Positions 18,150-27,614 of a stretch of DNA of 64,000 bases are shown piece after piece. Location: NCBI GenBank assembly GCA_927353735.1, contig CAKMIA010000008.1:212-64211 (forward strand). The letters run 5' to 3'. The notes under the pieces were generated by a model. It searched no databases, had not been told where the DNA came from, and was given only the letters and a program-made list of their open reading frames with translations. This DNA comes from an uncultured Veillonellaceae bacterium (GTDB lineage: Bacteria > Bacillota > Negativicutes > Veillonellales > Dialisteraceae). Position 1 is the first letter of the stretch, and each line of letters starts with the position of its first letter. The position numbers and the translations under genes are program-made.

Positions 18150-18929
18150 TCATTTCCGTTCCGGACGGTTCTTCTGATAGAGCAGAAGAAGGCCCTCCAG
18201 CGTGAGCATGGGATCGACGATGTCGATGGTGGTGCTCCCCGAGGAGATCAGCGGTGCGAGGCCGCCGGTGGCGATGACGGTCACATCGGGCAGTCCCAGC
18301 TCTTCCTTGATGTGATTGACCACGCCGTCGATCTGACCGACGAAGCCGTAGTAAATGCCGGCCTGCATGGCGCTCACCGTATTTTTGCAGATGCAGGAGG
18401 GCACCTTCTTCAGCTCGATGCGGGGCAGCTTGGAGGCACGCTGGAAGAGGGCCTCCATGGAAATGCCGATGCCCGGCGCCACAGCGCCGCCGAGGTACTG
18501 GCATTTTTCATTGATCACGCAGAAGGTGGTGGCGGTGCCCATATCGATGATGATGGCCGGGCCGCCGTACTTGTGGATGACCGCCACCGCATTGACGATG
18601 CGGTCCGCCCCGAGCTCCTTCGGGTTGTCGTAGAGAATGTTCATGCCCGTCTTGATGCCGGGGCCCACAAGGATGGGATTCACATGGAAATAGCGCCGGG
18701 ACAGGGTCTGCAGGATGGGAATGATCGGCGGCACTACAGTGGAAATGATGACATCCTCCACCTCATTGAAATGAAGGCCGTTCAGCTGGAAAAGCATGCC
18801 CAGCACGGATGCATAGCCGTCTGCGGTCTGCAGGGTATTGGTCGCGATGCGCCAGTGGTCCAGGAGCTGTTCGTCCTTGTACACGCCGCACACGATATTG
18901 GTATTGCCCACGTCAAAAGCAAGAAGCAT
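18150..18929 (-). CDS. coaX: Type III pantothenate kinase
   Basis: 259 aa. N-terminal MLLAFDVGNTNIVCGVY (ASKHA phosphate-1 motif) and overall CoaX-like sequence. Confidence 0.9.
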   Translation of the reverse strand: MLLAFDVGNTNIVCGVYKDEQLLDHWRIATNTLQTADGYASVLGMLFQLNGLHFNEVEDVIISTVVPPIIPILQTLSRRYFHVNPILVGPGIKTGMNILYDNPKELGADRIVNAVAVIHKYGGPAIIIDMGTATTFCVINEKCQYLGGAVAPGIGISMEALFQRASKLPRIELKKVPSCICKNTVSAMQAGIYYGFVGQIDGVVNHIKEELGLPDVTVIATGGLAPLISSGSTTIDIVDPMLTLEGLLLLYQKNRPERK

Positions 18930-19042
18930 AAAAACCTCCCATTCAGATGCAGGGCGCGCCCTGCGGAAGCGGACTCAGCCGCCGTAACATAAAAAAGGCA
19001 CTTCTTGTATCATCATATAAAAGAGACATTCTGTCAAGCGCC

Positions 19043-19267
19043 TCAATAGCGGATGCCGTACTTTCGTTTCAGCGCCTCGATCTCGGCGCGCATGGATGCC
19101 TCATTGCTCCGGAGCTTTCCTTCGGCGCCCGCCTCGTCCCGCAGGATCTGCACCCGCCGGGCCGAGGCCGTGCGGTAGATCCGGGCGAGGTCCTTTTTAT
19201 ATTCCCGCATGAGCTCCGCCAGCTCCTCCGGAGACAGGGTCTCCTCTATCTGTTCGTCTTCGTTCAT
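19043..19267 (-). CDS. Small hypothetical coiled-coil protein (74 aa)
   Basis: ATG 19267 has AGAGGAG 6 nt upstream. Charged helical sequence; no family recognised. Confidence 0.5.
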   Translation of the reverse strand: MNEDEQIEETLSPEELAELMREYKKDLARIYRTASARRVQILRDEAGAEGKLRSNEASMRAEIEALKRKYGIRY

Positions 19268-19318
19268 GGCCGTCTCCTCTTTTCCGTTTCTCTCATTGTA
19301 TCATATGCGCCGCATCAG

Positions 19319-19347
19319 TTGAGGAATTTGGCGGGATATGATATAAT
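19319..19347 (+). promoter_or_regulatory. Sigma-70-type promoter for tRNA-Arg
   Basis: TTGAGG (19319-19324), 17 nt spacer, TATAAT (19342-19347), with TG at the extended -10 position. Confidence 0.6.
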
Positions 19348-19367
19348 TCATTCTGTTAAATCTCCAT

Positions 19368-19442
19368 GCGCCTATAGCTCAGGGGATAGAGCACTGGTCT
19401 CCGGAACCAGGTGCGAGGGTTCGAATCCCTCTAGGCGCTCCA
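19368..19442 (+). tRNA. tRNA-Arg (anticodon CCG), CCA encoded
   Basis: GCGCCTATAGCTCAGGGGATAGAGCACTGGTCTCCGGAACCAGGTGCGAGGGTTCGAATCCCTCTAGGCGCTCCA. Anticodon stem CTGGT/ACCAG, loop CTCCGGA. Confidence 0.9.
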
Positions 19443-19447
19443 CACTG

Positions 19448-19472
19448 AACTGCCCGTCAGGGCAGTTTTTTT
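19448..19472 (+). terminator. Terminator after tRNA-Arg
   Basis: aactgccc, loop gtca, gggcagtt, followed by a T-run. Confidence 0.75.
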
Positions 19473-19486
19473 CTTGCCCTTTTCAC

Positions 19487-19520
19487 GCAAAAAGCGCCGG
19501 TTCCTCCGGCGCTTTTTTTA
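19487..19520. terminator. Bidirectional terminator downstream of smpB
   Basis: gcgccgg (19494-19500) pairs with ccggcgc (19506-19512), flanked by an A5 run and a T7 run. Confidence 0.7.
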
Positions 19521-19525
19521 TATGG

Positions 19526-19999
19526 TCAGTCGTACCGCTGTTCCTTGATGCGGCGCTCCAGATCCCGTTTAGCCGCTTTCGCCGCCATGTCCTGCCGCTT
19601 GTCGTAGAGCTTCTTCCCCGTGGCCAGCGCGATCTCGCATTTCACGAGGCCGTGATGGAAATACAGCTTGAGCGGGATCAGGGTGTAGCCCTTCGTCTTC
19701 AGGGCATTCTCGATCTTCAGGATCTCCCGGCGGTGCAGGAGCAGCTTCCGCGTGCGGAGCGGATCGTGGTTGAACCGGTTCCCCTGTTCATAGGGGCTGA
19801 TGTGAGCATTCCAGAGAAAGACCTCGCCGTGCTCCACCTTTGCGAAGCTGTCCCGCAGATTGACCTTGCCCGCCCGGATGGATTTCACTTCCGTCCCGGT
19901 GAGGGCCACGCCCGCTTCATAGGTATCGTGGATGAAATAATTGTGGTAGGCCTGCCGGTTGACCGCTGCCGGCGGCGCTGCCTTCTTTTCCTTTGTCAT
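19526..19999 (-). CDS. smpB: SsrA-binding protein SmpB
   Basis: 157 aa. [40 protein letters not shown]...[15 protein letters not shown] is typical of SmpB. Confidence 0.93.
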   Translation of the reverse strand: MTKEKKAAPPAAVNRQAYHNYFIHDTYEAGVALTGTEVKSIRAGKVNLRDSFAKVEHGEVFLWNAHISPYEQGNRFNHDPLRTRKLLLHRREILKIENALKTKGYTLIPLKLYFHHGLVKCEIALATGKKLYDKRQDMAAKAAKRDLERRIKEQRYD

Positions 20000-22068
20000 G
20001 CCTTCCTGCCTTTCCCGCCTTTGCCTTTTCTCGTGCGGGGGCCGTCATTTCTGCCCTTCCCCTTTTTCTTCGCATGGGACCGGGAAGCGGCGCTGCGGCG
20101 CACCTTCTTTTCCAGACTGAGCGGCGAATGGATCTCGCCGATGACGAAGTCCACTTCCCGCTTCTCCTTGTCCGCCCGGATGAGCGTCACCCGCACGGGC
20201 ATGCCGAGGGAATAGGTATCGCCGGAGAGCTTGCCCCGCAGGGTCAGTGTGTCCTCCTGATATTCAAATTCCTCGTCCATCATGTCCAGCCGGGCCAGCC
20301 CTTCCACGCCGTTGTCCAGTCCGACGAAGATGCCGAAGCGCGTCACACCGGTGACGGTGCCGTCAAAGGGCTCGCCCACGAAGGGTTCCATGTATTCCGT
20401 CATTTTCAGATCATTCGTGTCCCGTTCCGTTTCCACGCCGGCCTGTTCCGTCTCCGAGCAGTGGGCGCAGGCCTTGTCCAGGAAGGCTTCCTGACGGCTG
20501 AGCGCCTTTTCGCCGGGCTTTTCAAACAGGGTCTGACGGATGAGGCGGTGCACCATGAGATCGGAATACCGGCGGATCGGCGAGGTGAAATGGGTGTAGC
20601 ACAGGGAAGCGATGCCGAAATGGCCTTCATTGTCCGTGCTGTAGCACGCCTGGGACATCGCGCGGAGCGTCATCACCTCGACGACGGGGGCGATATCCGT
20701 GCCGCGCACGCATTCCAGCAGGCGCTGGAAATCCTTCGGCTTCGGATCGTCCGGCACCTGTACGGACGTGCCGAGGATCTGGGTGAGGCGCTGCAGGGCG
20801 TCCACGCGGTCCGGGTCCGGCTTCGCGTGCACGCGGTACACCGAGGTGTGGCCCGTGTCGCGGAGGAAGCGCGCCACCGCTTCATTGGCGGCGATCATGG
20901 CGTCCTCGATCATCTTTTCCGATTCCCCGCGGAAGCGCTTCACGATGCGGAGCGGCTTGCCGTCCTCATCGAGCACCACTTTATATTCCGGGAATTCAAA
21001 TTCCAGTGCCCCGCGGCGGTGGCGGTCCTCCCGGAGCGCTGCCGCGCAGGCCCGCAGATCCTCCAGCATGGGAAGGAACGGCTTCAGGTCCTCCGGCGCG
21101 ACCCCTTCCTCAAAGGCCTTGTTGATCTCCGGATAGTTGCACCGGCGTCCCACATTGATCACCGCCGGGGTGATGCGCTCCGTCTTCACCGTGCCGTCGG
21201 GAGCCACATCCATGAGGCACGCCATGGCGTAACGGTCGCAGCCGGCGTTCAGACTGCACAGATCGTTCGACAGCTGGAACGGCAGCATGGGGATGACCCG
21301 GTCCGCGAGGTACACGCTGTTGCCGCGGCGGAAAGCCTCATCATCGAGGAGCATTCCCTTTTTCACATAGCGGCTCACGTCGGCGATGTACACGCCCAGC
21401 ATGAAGTGGCCGTTCGGGCGGCGTTCGCAGTAGACCGCGTCGTCCAGATCCTTGGAATCCGGCCCGTCGATCGTCACCAGTGGGAGCGACCGGAAATCCG
21501 CGGTCTGCTCCTCCACATGGATGTCCCGGGGCAGACCGTCCGCCTCCTTCATGAGCTCGTCCGAAAAGACGTGGGGCAGGCGGTGCTGGGCGATGAGCAC
21601 ATCGATATCCAGTCCCTTGTCGCCCTCGTAGCCGAGGATCTCCTTCACACGGCCTTCCGCGTCCGTCCACTGGCCCGGCCATTTCGTCACTTCCACCACG
21701 ACCTTGGCGCCGGTGGTGGCTTCCATGTCCTCGCCGAGCGGGATGTGGATCACCATATTGATTTTTTCATCCACGGGCACCACTTCGCCGCCGTCGGCCA
21801 GCATTTCATAGGTGCCGACCACGGTCTCATTCGCCCGTGAGGTGATATTGATGATGCGCCCTTCCACCTTGTGGCGGCCCGTCGTGCCGTGGGTGACCTT
21901 GACCACCACGGTGTCGTTGTTCACCGCCGTGCCGCGGTCGCGCTCCGCGATGTAGATATCCTCGTGCTCCTTGTCCGTGATAAGGAATCCGAATTTCGGC
22001 CCGTAGGATTTATATACGCCCTCTACAGTAGTACCCGGCGCATAGGTAAGCAGTTCCTGATTGTCCAT
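19996..22068 (-). CDS. rnr: Ribonuclease R
   Basis: 690 aa. RNB catalytic region ([12 protein letters not shown]..., [26 protein letters not shown]), an S1 domain and a basic K/R-rich tail. 4-nt overlap with smpB. Confidence 0.92.
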   Translation of the reverse strand: MDNQELLTYAPGTTVEGVYKSYGPKFGFLITDKEHEDIYIAERDRGTAVNNDTVVVKVTHGTTGRHKVEGRIINITSRANETVVGTYEMLADGGEVVPVDEKINMVIHIPLGEDMEATTGAKVVVEVTKWPGQWTDAEGRVKEILGYEGDKGLDIDVLIAQHRLPHVFSDELMKEADGLPRDIHVEEQTADFRSLPLVTIDGPDSKDLDDAVYCERRPNGHFMLGVYIADVSRYVKKGMLLDDEAFRRGNSVYLADRVIPMLPFQLSNDLCSLNAGCDRYAMACLMDVAPDGTVKTERITPAVINVGRRCNYPEINKAFEEGVAPEDLKPFLPMLEDLRACAAALREDRHRRGALEFEFPEYKVVLDEDGKPLRIVKRFRGESEKMIEDAMIAANEAVARFLRDTGHTSVYRVHAKPDPDRVDALQRLTQILGTSVQVPDDPKPKDFQRLLECVRGTDIAPVVEVMTLRAMSQACYSTDNEGHFGIASLCYTHFTSPIRRYSDLMVHRLIRQTLFEKPGEKALSRQEAFLDKACAHCSETEQAGVETERDTNDLKMTEYMEPFVGEPFDGTVTGVTRFGIFVGLDNGVEGLARLDMMDEEFEYQEDTLTLRGKLSGDTYSLGMPVRVTLIRADKEKREVDFVIGEIHSPLSLEKKVRRSAASRSHAKKKGKGRNDGPRTRKGKGGKGRKA

Positions 22069-22122
22069 AACTTTCTCCTGTCGAAAGAAAAAAGGCCTGC
22101 CGCCGCAAGCCTCTCTCAGTCA

Positions 22123-22359
22123 TCAAAATGTATTCATGTACCGCCCGAGCAGCAGGCAGACCACGACGAATACCACGCCAAATCCGACGGTCATTTTTGC
22201 CAGAACCGCATCTTTGCCGCGGGTGCGTCCGCCCAGCATGGAATTGCCGGAGCCGCCCATGGCTGCGCCCATGCCCGCCGTCTTTGGTTCCTGCGAGACG
22301 ATGACTACGATCAGCAGAATGGAAATGATGCACGCCAGTGCCATTAAGAAAATCTTCAC
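22123..22359 (-). CDS. secG: Preprotein translocase subunit SecG
   Basis: Two TM helices with a G-rich loop (QEPKTAGMGAAMGGSGNSMLGG). GTG 22359 with GGAGG 7 nt upstream is preferred over the track ATG at 22380, whose codons contain that SD. Confidence 0.8.
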   Translation of the reverse strand: MKIFLMALACIISILLIVVIVSQEPKTAGMGAAMGGSGNSMLGGRTRGKDAVLAKMTVGFGVVFVVVCLLLGRYMNTF

Positions 22360-22415
22360 AGTCGTTCCTCCTCTGCGCATCGGAAGATGCGCGCATATCG
22401 TCTATATTAATAGTC

Positions 22416-22444
22416 AGTATATATCAATTCAGAGCCGCGGTCAA
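22416..22444 (-). promoter_or_regulatory. Sigma-70-type promoter for secG
   Basis: Minus strand: TTGACC (22444-22439), 17 nt spacer, TATACT (22421-22416). Confidence 0.55.
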
Positions 22445-22450
22445 GGAACG

Positions 22451-22957
22451 CTATTTCCGCAGCGCATCCAGCTTCCGCCGCACGTCGTCGGGCAGATTCC
22501 GCCCCACTTCGTTCCGGAGATTGGCCCGGTTGTTCGTGCGGATGAACCGGTGCTGCTCCTTTTTATCCTCGGAGAGCACGCGCATGAGATCCCCCACAGC
22601 CATGCGGTACGCGCCGTTGCCGAGGATCTGATTCTGCACCGGCCCGTCGGAGGACACCACATAGATGGAGCGGTACTCGTCGCGCCGCCGGTATGATTCC
22701 TTTTCGATGTAGCTGTCCGCCGTCATGGTCTTTGGCGTGAAGACCTCCGTGAAGAACGGCGTGAGCCGCCGCTCCGTCACCTTATTGCCCTGCCCCTGTC
22801 CGTCAAATACGGCGATCATCTCCACATCGTTGTGGGCGCCGTAGTCCAGAAGAAGGTCCAGCAGTTTTTTCCGGCTCGATTCCAGATCGTCCCGGGGAAA
22901 GGCCGCGGGCTCCCAGAAAATGACGTTGTAGGCGTCAATGAAATACAGATCTTTCAT
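22451..22957 (-). CDS. NYN-domain ribonuclease, YacP/Rae1 family
   Basis: Start at ATG 22957 (MKDLYFIDAYNVIF...). Contains FDGQGQGNKV...YVVSSDGPVQ, typical of YacP. It follows rlmB, as in Bacillus yacO-yacP. Confidence 0.8.
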   Translation of the reverse strand: MKDLYFIDAYNVIFWEPAAFPRDDLESSRKKLLDLLLDYGAHNDVEMIAVFDGQGQGNKVTERRLTPFFTEVFTPKTMTADSYIEKESYRRRDEYRSIYVVSSDGPVQNQILGNGAYRMAVGDLMRVLSEDKKEQHRFIRTNNRANLRNEVGRNLPDDVRRKLDALRK

Positions 22958-22970
22958 GATATCCGCTCTC

Positions 22971-23837
22971 TCATTCTCTCTGCCGCGCCGCCTCGTACAT
23001 GAGGAGCGCCGCGGCCACCGACACATTGAGGGACGACACGCGCCCTTTCATGGGAATCCGCACGCAGAAATCACAGGCCTCCCGGGTGAGGCGGGCCATG
23101 CCCTGTCCTTCCGCGCCCATGACGATCACCAGCGGCCCCTTCAGATTGGCCCCGCTGTACAGGGACTCCCCGTCCATGTCCGTGCCGACCACCCAGAAGC
23201 CCCTGTCCTTGAGCTTTTCCAGCGTCCGGCTGATATTGCCGATGCGGCACACCGGCAGATAGGCGCAGGCGCCTGCGGCGGGCTTCATCGTCGCATAGGT
23301 CACCTGACAGCTCCGGTGCTCCGGCAGCAGCACCGCCGCCGCGCCGGCACATTCCGCAGTGCGGATGATAGCCCCCAGATTGCGCACATCCTCCAGTCCG
23401 TCCAGCAGGATGAGGAAGGGGTCCTTCCCCTCCCAGCGGGCGAGCACCTCGTCCAGATCGGCATATTCATAGGGACGGAGCTCCGCCACCACGCCCTGAT
23501 GACGCAGGTCCGGCACCATGCGGTCCAGCACCGTTTCCTCCCGTTCCTCCACGGGCACGTCCTGTGCCGCCGCGTCTGCCGCCAGCTTCTGCAGGCGCTC
23601 GTCCCGCCGGCCCGTCTTGATGAAGAGACGGCGCACCAGCCCCGCCTTCAGCGCTTCCGCCGCGCTGTTCCGGCCGCCGGCGTAGAGCGCATTGTCTTTA
23701 TGGGATGGATGAGACGGACGGCGCTGCGCCTCGCCGCGGTTCTTCCGTTTCCGTTCGGTTTCTCTCCGGGGTGCCGCCGTCCGGGCGGCCGGCTTCCCCG
23801 CTTTTTTTCTGTCTTCGTATCTCATGGTGTTCTCCAT
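22971..23837 (-). CDS. rlmB: 23S rRNA (guanosine-2'-O)-methyltransferase RlmB (TrmH/SpoU family)
   Basis: SpoU motifs LDGLEDVRNLGAIIRTAE, VMGAEGQGM and IPMKGRVSSLNVSVAAAL. Basic N-terminal extension. Confidence 0.85.
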   Translation of the reverse strand: MENTMRYEDRKKAGKPAARTAAPRRETERKRKNRGEAQRRPSHPSHKDNALYAGGRNSAAEALKAGLVRRLFIKTGRRDERLQKLAADAAAQDVPVEEREETVLDRMVPDLRHQGVVAELRPYEYADLDEVLARWEGKDPFLILLDGLEDVRNLGAIIRTAECAGAAAVLLPEHRSCQVTYATMKPAAGACAYLPVCRIGNISRTLEKLKDRGFWVVGTDMDGESLYSGANLKGPLVIVMGAEGQGMARLTREACDFCVRIPMKGRVSSLNVSVAAALLMYEAARQRE

Positions 23838-23922
23838 TCTGAAATTCCGATTCTATTTTATCATATCCCCGGAAATCCACCGCACGAAAAAACGGCTCCG
23901 CCGCCGCGAAGCCGCCTGCCCG

Positions 23923-25953
23923 TCAGGGCCTGTACACCCAGACGAACGCTCCGTTTTCCTTCTGATGGACGCCGTGGAGCTCCGGCGCAAAGGCAGGAAA
24001 TTCCTCACCGAAATCGAGGAGGCACGTGAACCACGCCAGCGCGGAGGCCTCCCACCGCTCGCCGGCCGCGGGGACGCAGATGCCCGGCGGATAGGCCGCC
24101 GCCGCCTCGAGCGCGATCCGCCCGCCGGCCTCCCGAAGCGGCACCAGCTCCCGCTCCCCCCGCACGAAGGCTTCCGACGCCTCGCGGCTCCCCATCGCCG
24201 CCGCAGGCATGCCCTTCCGGCTGAACAGCTGCGCCAGCAGCTTCGCCGCGCCGCGCTTCCGGAAGAACCGGGTCTGCCGCCGGCACAGCGCGCGGAAGGA
24301 TTCCTCCGGATCAACCGCGCCGTCCGCCGATAATCCCGGCAGAGCCTCGCCCAGAGGCGCGTCCTCCTCATAGGCCCGCTCCATATCCGTGAGCGCCGAC
24401 AGGAGCCGCTCCCGCTTCTCCCCGGCATCTCCAGGCTCCATGAGGAAGAGCACCGAGGACAGGCCGGACTTCTCCGGCACGATGCCCCGCTCCTGTAAAT
24501 ACCGCGAGGCCGCCGGCCCGGGCACGGGCCCCGTCAGCAGAAGCACCTTGCACGGATCGAGCAGGCACTGGTCCTTTCCGATGCGGCGGAAGCCGTGCCA
24601 GTCCTCTCCGGGACGGATCTCCCAGAAGCGCCGCTCCGAAGCGATCGTCTCCGTCGGATAGGACGCCCACGGCCGGCCGTCCACCACATCCGGCTGGAAG
24701 GGCCGCAGATACTGGCACCGCTGTACCAGCGCCTTCCGGAGCTCCACCCCGGACTGCACCGCCTCCGCCCAGAGCGCCGCCCCCTTCTCCTTGTGGATGG
24801 CCGCGTTTATTTCCAGCCCCGCCAGCAGGGGGAAGCAGGGCGACGTGGAAATGTGATGGAGATAGGCATTCTGGAACACATCATCGGGGACGCGCCGCTT
24901 TTTCCCCGCCAGATGGCGGTCCTTCCGCTGGATCTGCGAGGTCTGGGAAAAGCCGGCGAGCTGCTTGTGCACGGACTGCGTCACCAGAATCCCCGGACTC
25001 TTTTTCGTGAGCGGCACCGCAAGCGGGTCCTCGTCGGTCATGAAGGGCACGAACGATTCGTACCCCGCCCACGCGCCGTCAAAGAGAATATAATCACAGA
25101 GCGGGCCGATCTCCTCCAGCACCCGCCGCGCATTGAGAAAGATCCCGTCGTAGGTGCAGAGCTGGAGGCAGGCGAGCCGGAAGGGACGCTTCTTCTCCGC
25201 CTTTTCCGGGGAGGCCTGCCGCGCCAGCTCCCGGAGATGGGAGGCGCGGAAAGAGTCCGCCGTGATGCCGCCGATGACGCCGTCCGCATTGCGGAGCCCC
25301 TCCAGATAGACCGGCACCGCGCCGCACTGGTCCAGCGCGCCCTGATACATCGACTTGTGATTGTTCCGGTCGAAAAGCACCAGATCCCCCGGTGCAAGGA
25401 GCGCCGCGCAGCAGATCCGGTTCGAGCCGGACGTGCCGTTCAGCACGAAATAGGTGCGGTCCGCATGGTACACCTCCGCGGCCAGCGCCTCCGCCGCGCC
25501 GCCCGGCCCCTCATGGGACGAGGGATCTCCCACGATATCGTCCGAGTCGGACAGGTCCATGCGGAACATGCCCTCTCCCACGAGCGAAACGAAGAGCCGG
25601 CCGCCGGCGGTGCGCCGGAAAAACTGTCCGCTGTGATGGCCCGGTGTGGCAAAATACAGAGGCTGCCGGTCCGCATGGGCCGCCAGCGTTCTCGTGAAAT
25701 GCGGCAGGAGCCGGTGCTCGTATGCCGCCGCGGCCCCCCGCCCCCCCTCCCCCCGATCCCGCGTGGGCGCCCCGCCCCGCCCTGTATAAACCTCCCCGAG
25801 CCGCCGCCCCCAGCGCTTCTCCTCGCCGAGACACAGCACAAAGGCCGCCGCATCCCGCTCTCCCAGAGTCTCCAGCGGCGCGAGCTCCCAGCCCGGCAGC
25901 GCCCGGAGATGTTCGAAGGCCTTCTGCGATACCGCAACAGGCAGTCTGTGCAT
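23923..25953 (-). CDS. Orn/Lys/Arg decarboxylase family protein (PLP-dependent, fold type I)
   Basis: Start at ATG 25953 (MHRLPVAV..., GAGGGG upstream). Contains FATPGHHSGQFF, LNGTSGSNR and the PLP-lysine motif SVHKQLAGFSQTS. Confidence 0.8.
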   Translation of the reverse strand: MHRLPVAVSQKAFEHLRALPGWELAPLETLGERDAAAFVLCLGEEKRWGRRLGEVYTGRGGAPTRDRGEGGRGAAAAYEHRLLPHFTRTLAAHADRQPLYFATPGHHSGQFFRRTAGGRLFVSLVGEGMFRMDLSDSDDIVGDPSSHEGPGGAAEALAAEVYHADRTYFVLNGTSGSNRICCAALLAPGDLVLFDRNNHKSMYQGALDQCGAVPVYLEGLRNADGVIGGITADSFRASHLRELARQASPEKAEKKRPFRLACLQLCTYDGIFLNARRVLEEIGPLCDYILFDGAWAGYESFVPFMTDEDPLAVPLTKKSPGILVTQSVHKQLAGFSQTSQIQRKDRHLAGKKRRVPDDVFQNAYLHHISTSPCFPLLAGLEINAAIHKEKGAALWAEAVQSGVELRKALVQRCQYLRPFQPDVVDGRPWASYPTETIASERRFWEIRPGEDWHGFRRIGKDQCLLDPCKVLLLTGPVPGPAASRYLQERGIVPEKSGLSSVLFLMEPGDAGEKRERLLSALTDMERAYEEDAPLGEALPGLSADGAVDPEESFRALCRRQTRFFRKRGAAKLLAQLFSRKGMPAAAMGSREASEAFVRGERELVPLREAGGRIALEAAAAYPPGICVPAAGERWEASALAWFTCLLDFGEEFPAFAPELHGVHQKENGAFVWVYRP

Positions 25954-26120
25954 GAGCGATCCCCTCTTTTCTTTCTGTATTCTTTCTATTATAAAATAGA
26001 ATTTACATTCCGCGCGCACCGAATTTTATACACGTGGCGCATTTTAAAAATGATATAATGGAAAAAAGCCGCGCCGGCGGCGCGGCCTCTGTTTCTGCTA
26101 CAGCCGGAAGGAGGCATACT

Positions 26121-26906
26121 ATGGCACTTGTAATGGATGGATGGAAAAATCTTCTTGTGAACAATCAGGACGGCATCGTTACCGTGACGATCAACCGGCC
26201 GAAAGCCATGAATGCGATCAACTATGAACTGATGAAGGAACTGGAAGCCTTTTTCACAGGGCTTCAGGACGCACCGGAAGCGGACGTGATCCTTCTCACC
26301 GGTGCGGGCGACAAGGCTTTCGTCGCCGGCGCGGACATCAAGGAAATGGCCGTCATGGATTCCCATGCGGGCCGGGACTGGGCGCTGCTGGGCGAACGCG
26401 TCACCTCTCTCATCGAAAGAGCACCCCAGCCGGTGATCGCCGCCGTGAACGGATATGCCCTGGGCGGCGGCTGCGAGCTGGCGCTGGCCTGTGATTTCCG
26501 CTATGCCTCGGCCAATGCCAAAATGGGACAGCCGGAAGCCAAATGGGGCATCAACGCCTGCTTCGGCGGCACCCAGCGTCTGGCCCGCGCCGTCGGCGCC
26601 GCCATGGCGAGAGAGCTGCTGTACACCGCCCGCTTCATCGATGCGGAGGAAGCGCTCCGCATCGGCCTCGTGAACCGCGTCCTCCCCGATAAGGAAGCCC
26701 TCATGGCCGCTGCCACCGCCACTGCCAAAGAGATCCAGAGCTGCGGCAAATGCGCCGTGCGCTACACGAAGCTGGTGCTCAATAACGGCCGCGATGAAAA
26801 TATTGACAGCGCCATCGCCGCGGAAGCGCAGTATTTCGGCCTCTGCTTCGACGATCCGGAACAGAAAGCGCGCATGACTGCCTTCATGAACAAATCGAAG
26901 AAATAA
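26121..26906 (+). CDS. Enoyl-CoA hydratase/isomerase (crotonase) family protein
   Basis: Start at ATG 26121 with a GGAGG SD. Contains VTINRPKAMNAIN, LTGAGDKAFVAGADIKEM and NGYALGGGCELALACD. Confidence 0.88.
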   Translation: MALVMDGWKNLLVNNQDGIVTVTINRPKAMNAINYELMKELEAFFTGLQDAPEADVILLTGAGDKAFVAGADIKEMAVMDSHAGRDWALLGERVTSLIERAPQPVIAAVNGYALGGGCELALACDFRYASANAKMGQPEAKWGINACFGGTQRLARAVGAAMARELLYTARFIDAEEALRIGLVNRVLPDKEALMAAATATAKEIQSCGKCAVRYTKLVLNNGRDENIDSAIAAEAQYFGLCFDDPEQKARMTAFMNKSKK

Positions 26907-26918
26907 CTTTTCCCACCA

Positions 26919-26952
26919 GAAAAGCCGTGAGATTCCTCTCACGGCTTTTTTA
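26919..26952. terminator. Bidirectional terminator between the crotonase gene and recO
   Basis: aaagccgtgag (26921-26931) pairs with ctcacggcttt (26938-26948), followed by a T-run. Confidence 0.8.
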
Positions 26953-26957
26953 TTGTG

Positions 26958-27614
26958 TCAGGACAGCTGCGCGAAGGCGCCGCGGGTCTTCAGCTCCACG
27001 TCCCCGTAGCGGCGGATGAAGGCATCCACATACCGGGCCGCCTCGAGGAAGGCCTGCTTTCCGATGCGCTGCGGGAAATCCCCCTGCCAGCGCCACTGCC
27101 GGAAGGCCCGGAGAAGCACGCCCGCCTCCGGAGACAGCCCCAGCGCCGCCATGGGCTCCGGCTCCGCGGGATCGCTCCCGGCAGCTGCCAGCAGCTGCAC
27201 GGACAGGATGAACGCCGTCACCGTGGGATTGCGCTGCGCCCCCTGTACGGCCGCCGCCCCGAGGAGGGCATAGGCCGTGCCGTCGGCCTGCCCCTCCGGG
27301 AAAAACTGCTCCGCGATCTCCACGGCGTAGTACCACCGGGTGAGCTCCTCATAGGACAGGGCCGCCGTATCGAGCACCGCCGTCCCCTCATACTGAGTGA
27401 GGACCTGTACGGCGCCGCTTTCCGCCGCGCTGTACCGCAGAATGGCAAAGGGCTGGAGCAGCCCGGCCCCGCACTGCCGGAGCGTTCCCCGGGAGATGAA
27501 AGCAGTCTGCCGGCCCTCGGTGCGCGTGAAAAGGCGGACGCTCCGCCCGCCTTCTCCGGCTTTCCGCACGAAAAGCACGATGCCTTCGCCGCTTTTCAGC
27601 TTATTCGTTTTCAT
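26958..27614 (-). CDS. recO: DNA repair protein RecO
   Basis: 218 aa. N-terminal OB-fold-like GIVLFVRKAGEGGRSVRLFTRTEGRQTAF. Position downstream of era is as in Firmicutes. Confidence 0.8.
   Translation of the reverse strand: MKTNKLKSGEGIVLFVRKAGEGGRSVRLFTRTEGRQTAFISRGTLRQCGAGLLQPFAILRYSAAESGAVQVLTQYEGTAVLDTAALSYEELTRWYYAVEIAEQFFPEGQADGTAYALLGAAAVQGAQRNPTVTAFILSVQLLAAAGSDPAEPEPMAALGLSPEAGVLLRAFRQWRWQGDFPQRIGKQAFLEAARYVDAFIRRYGDVELKTRGAFAQLS

Noticed and set aside
19268-19525. Search for tmRNA (ssrA) next to smpB
   Set aside because: The interval contains only a promoter, tRNA-Arg(CCG) and two terminators. There is no tRNA-Ala-like acceptor/T-arm pair or tag-ORF pattern.
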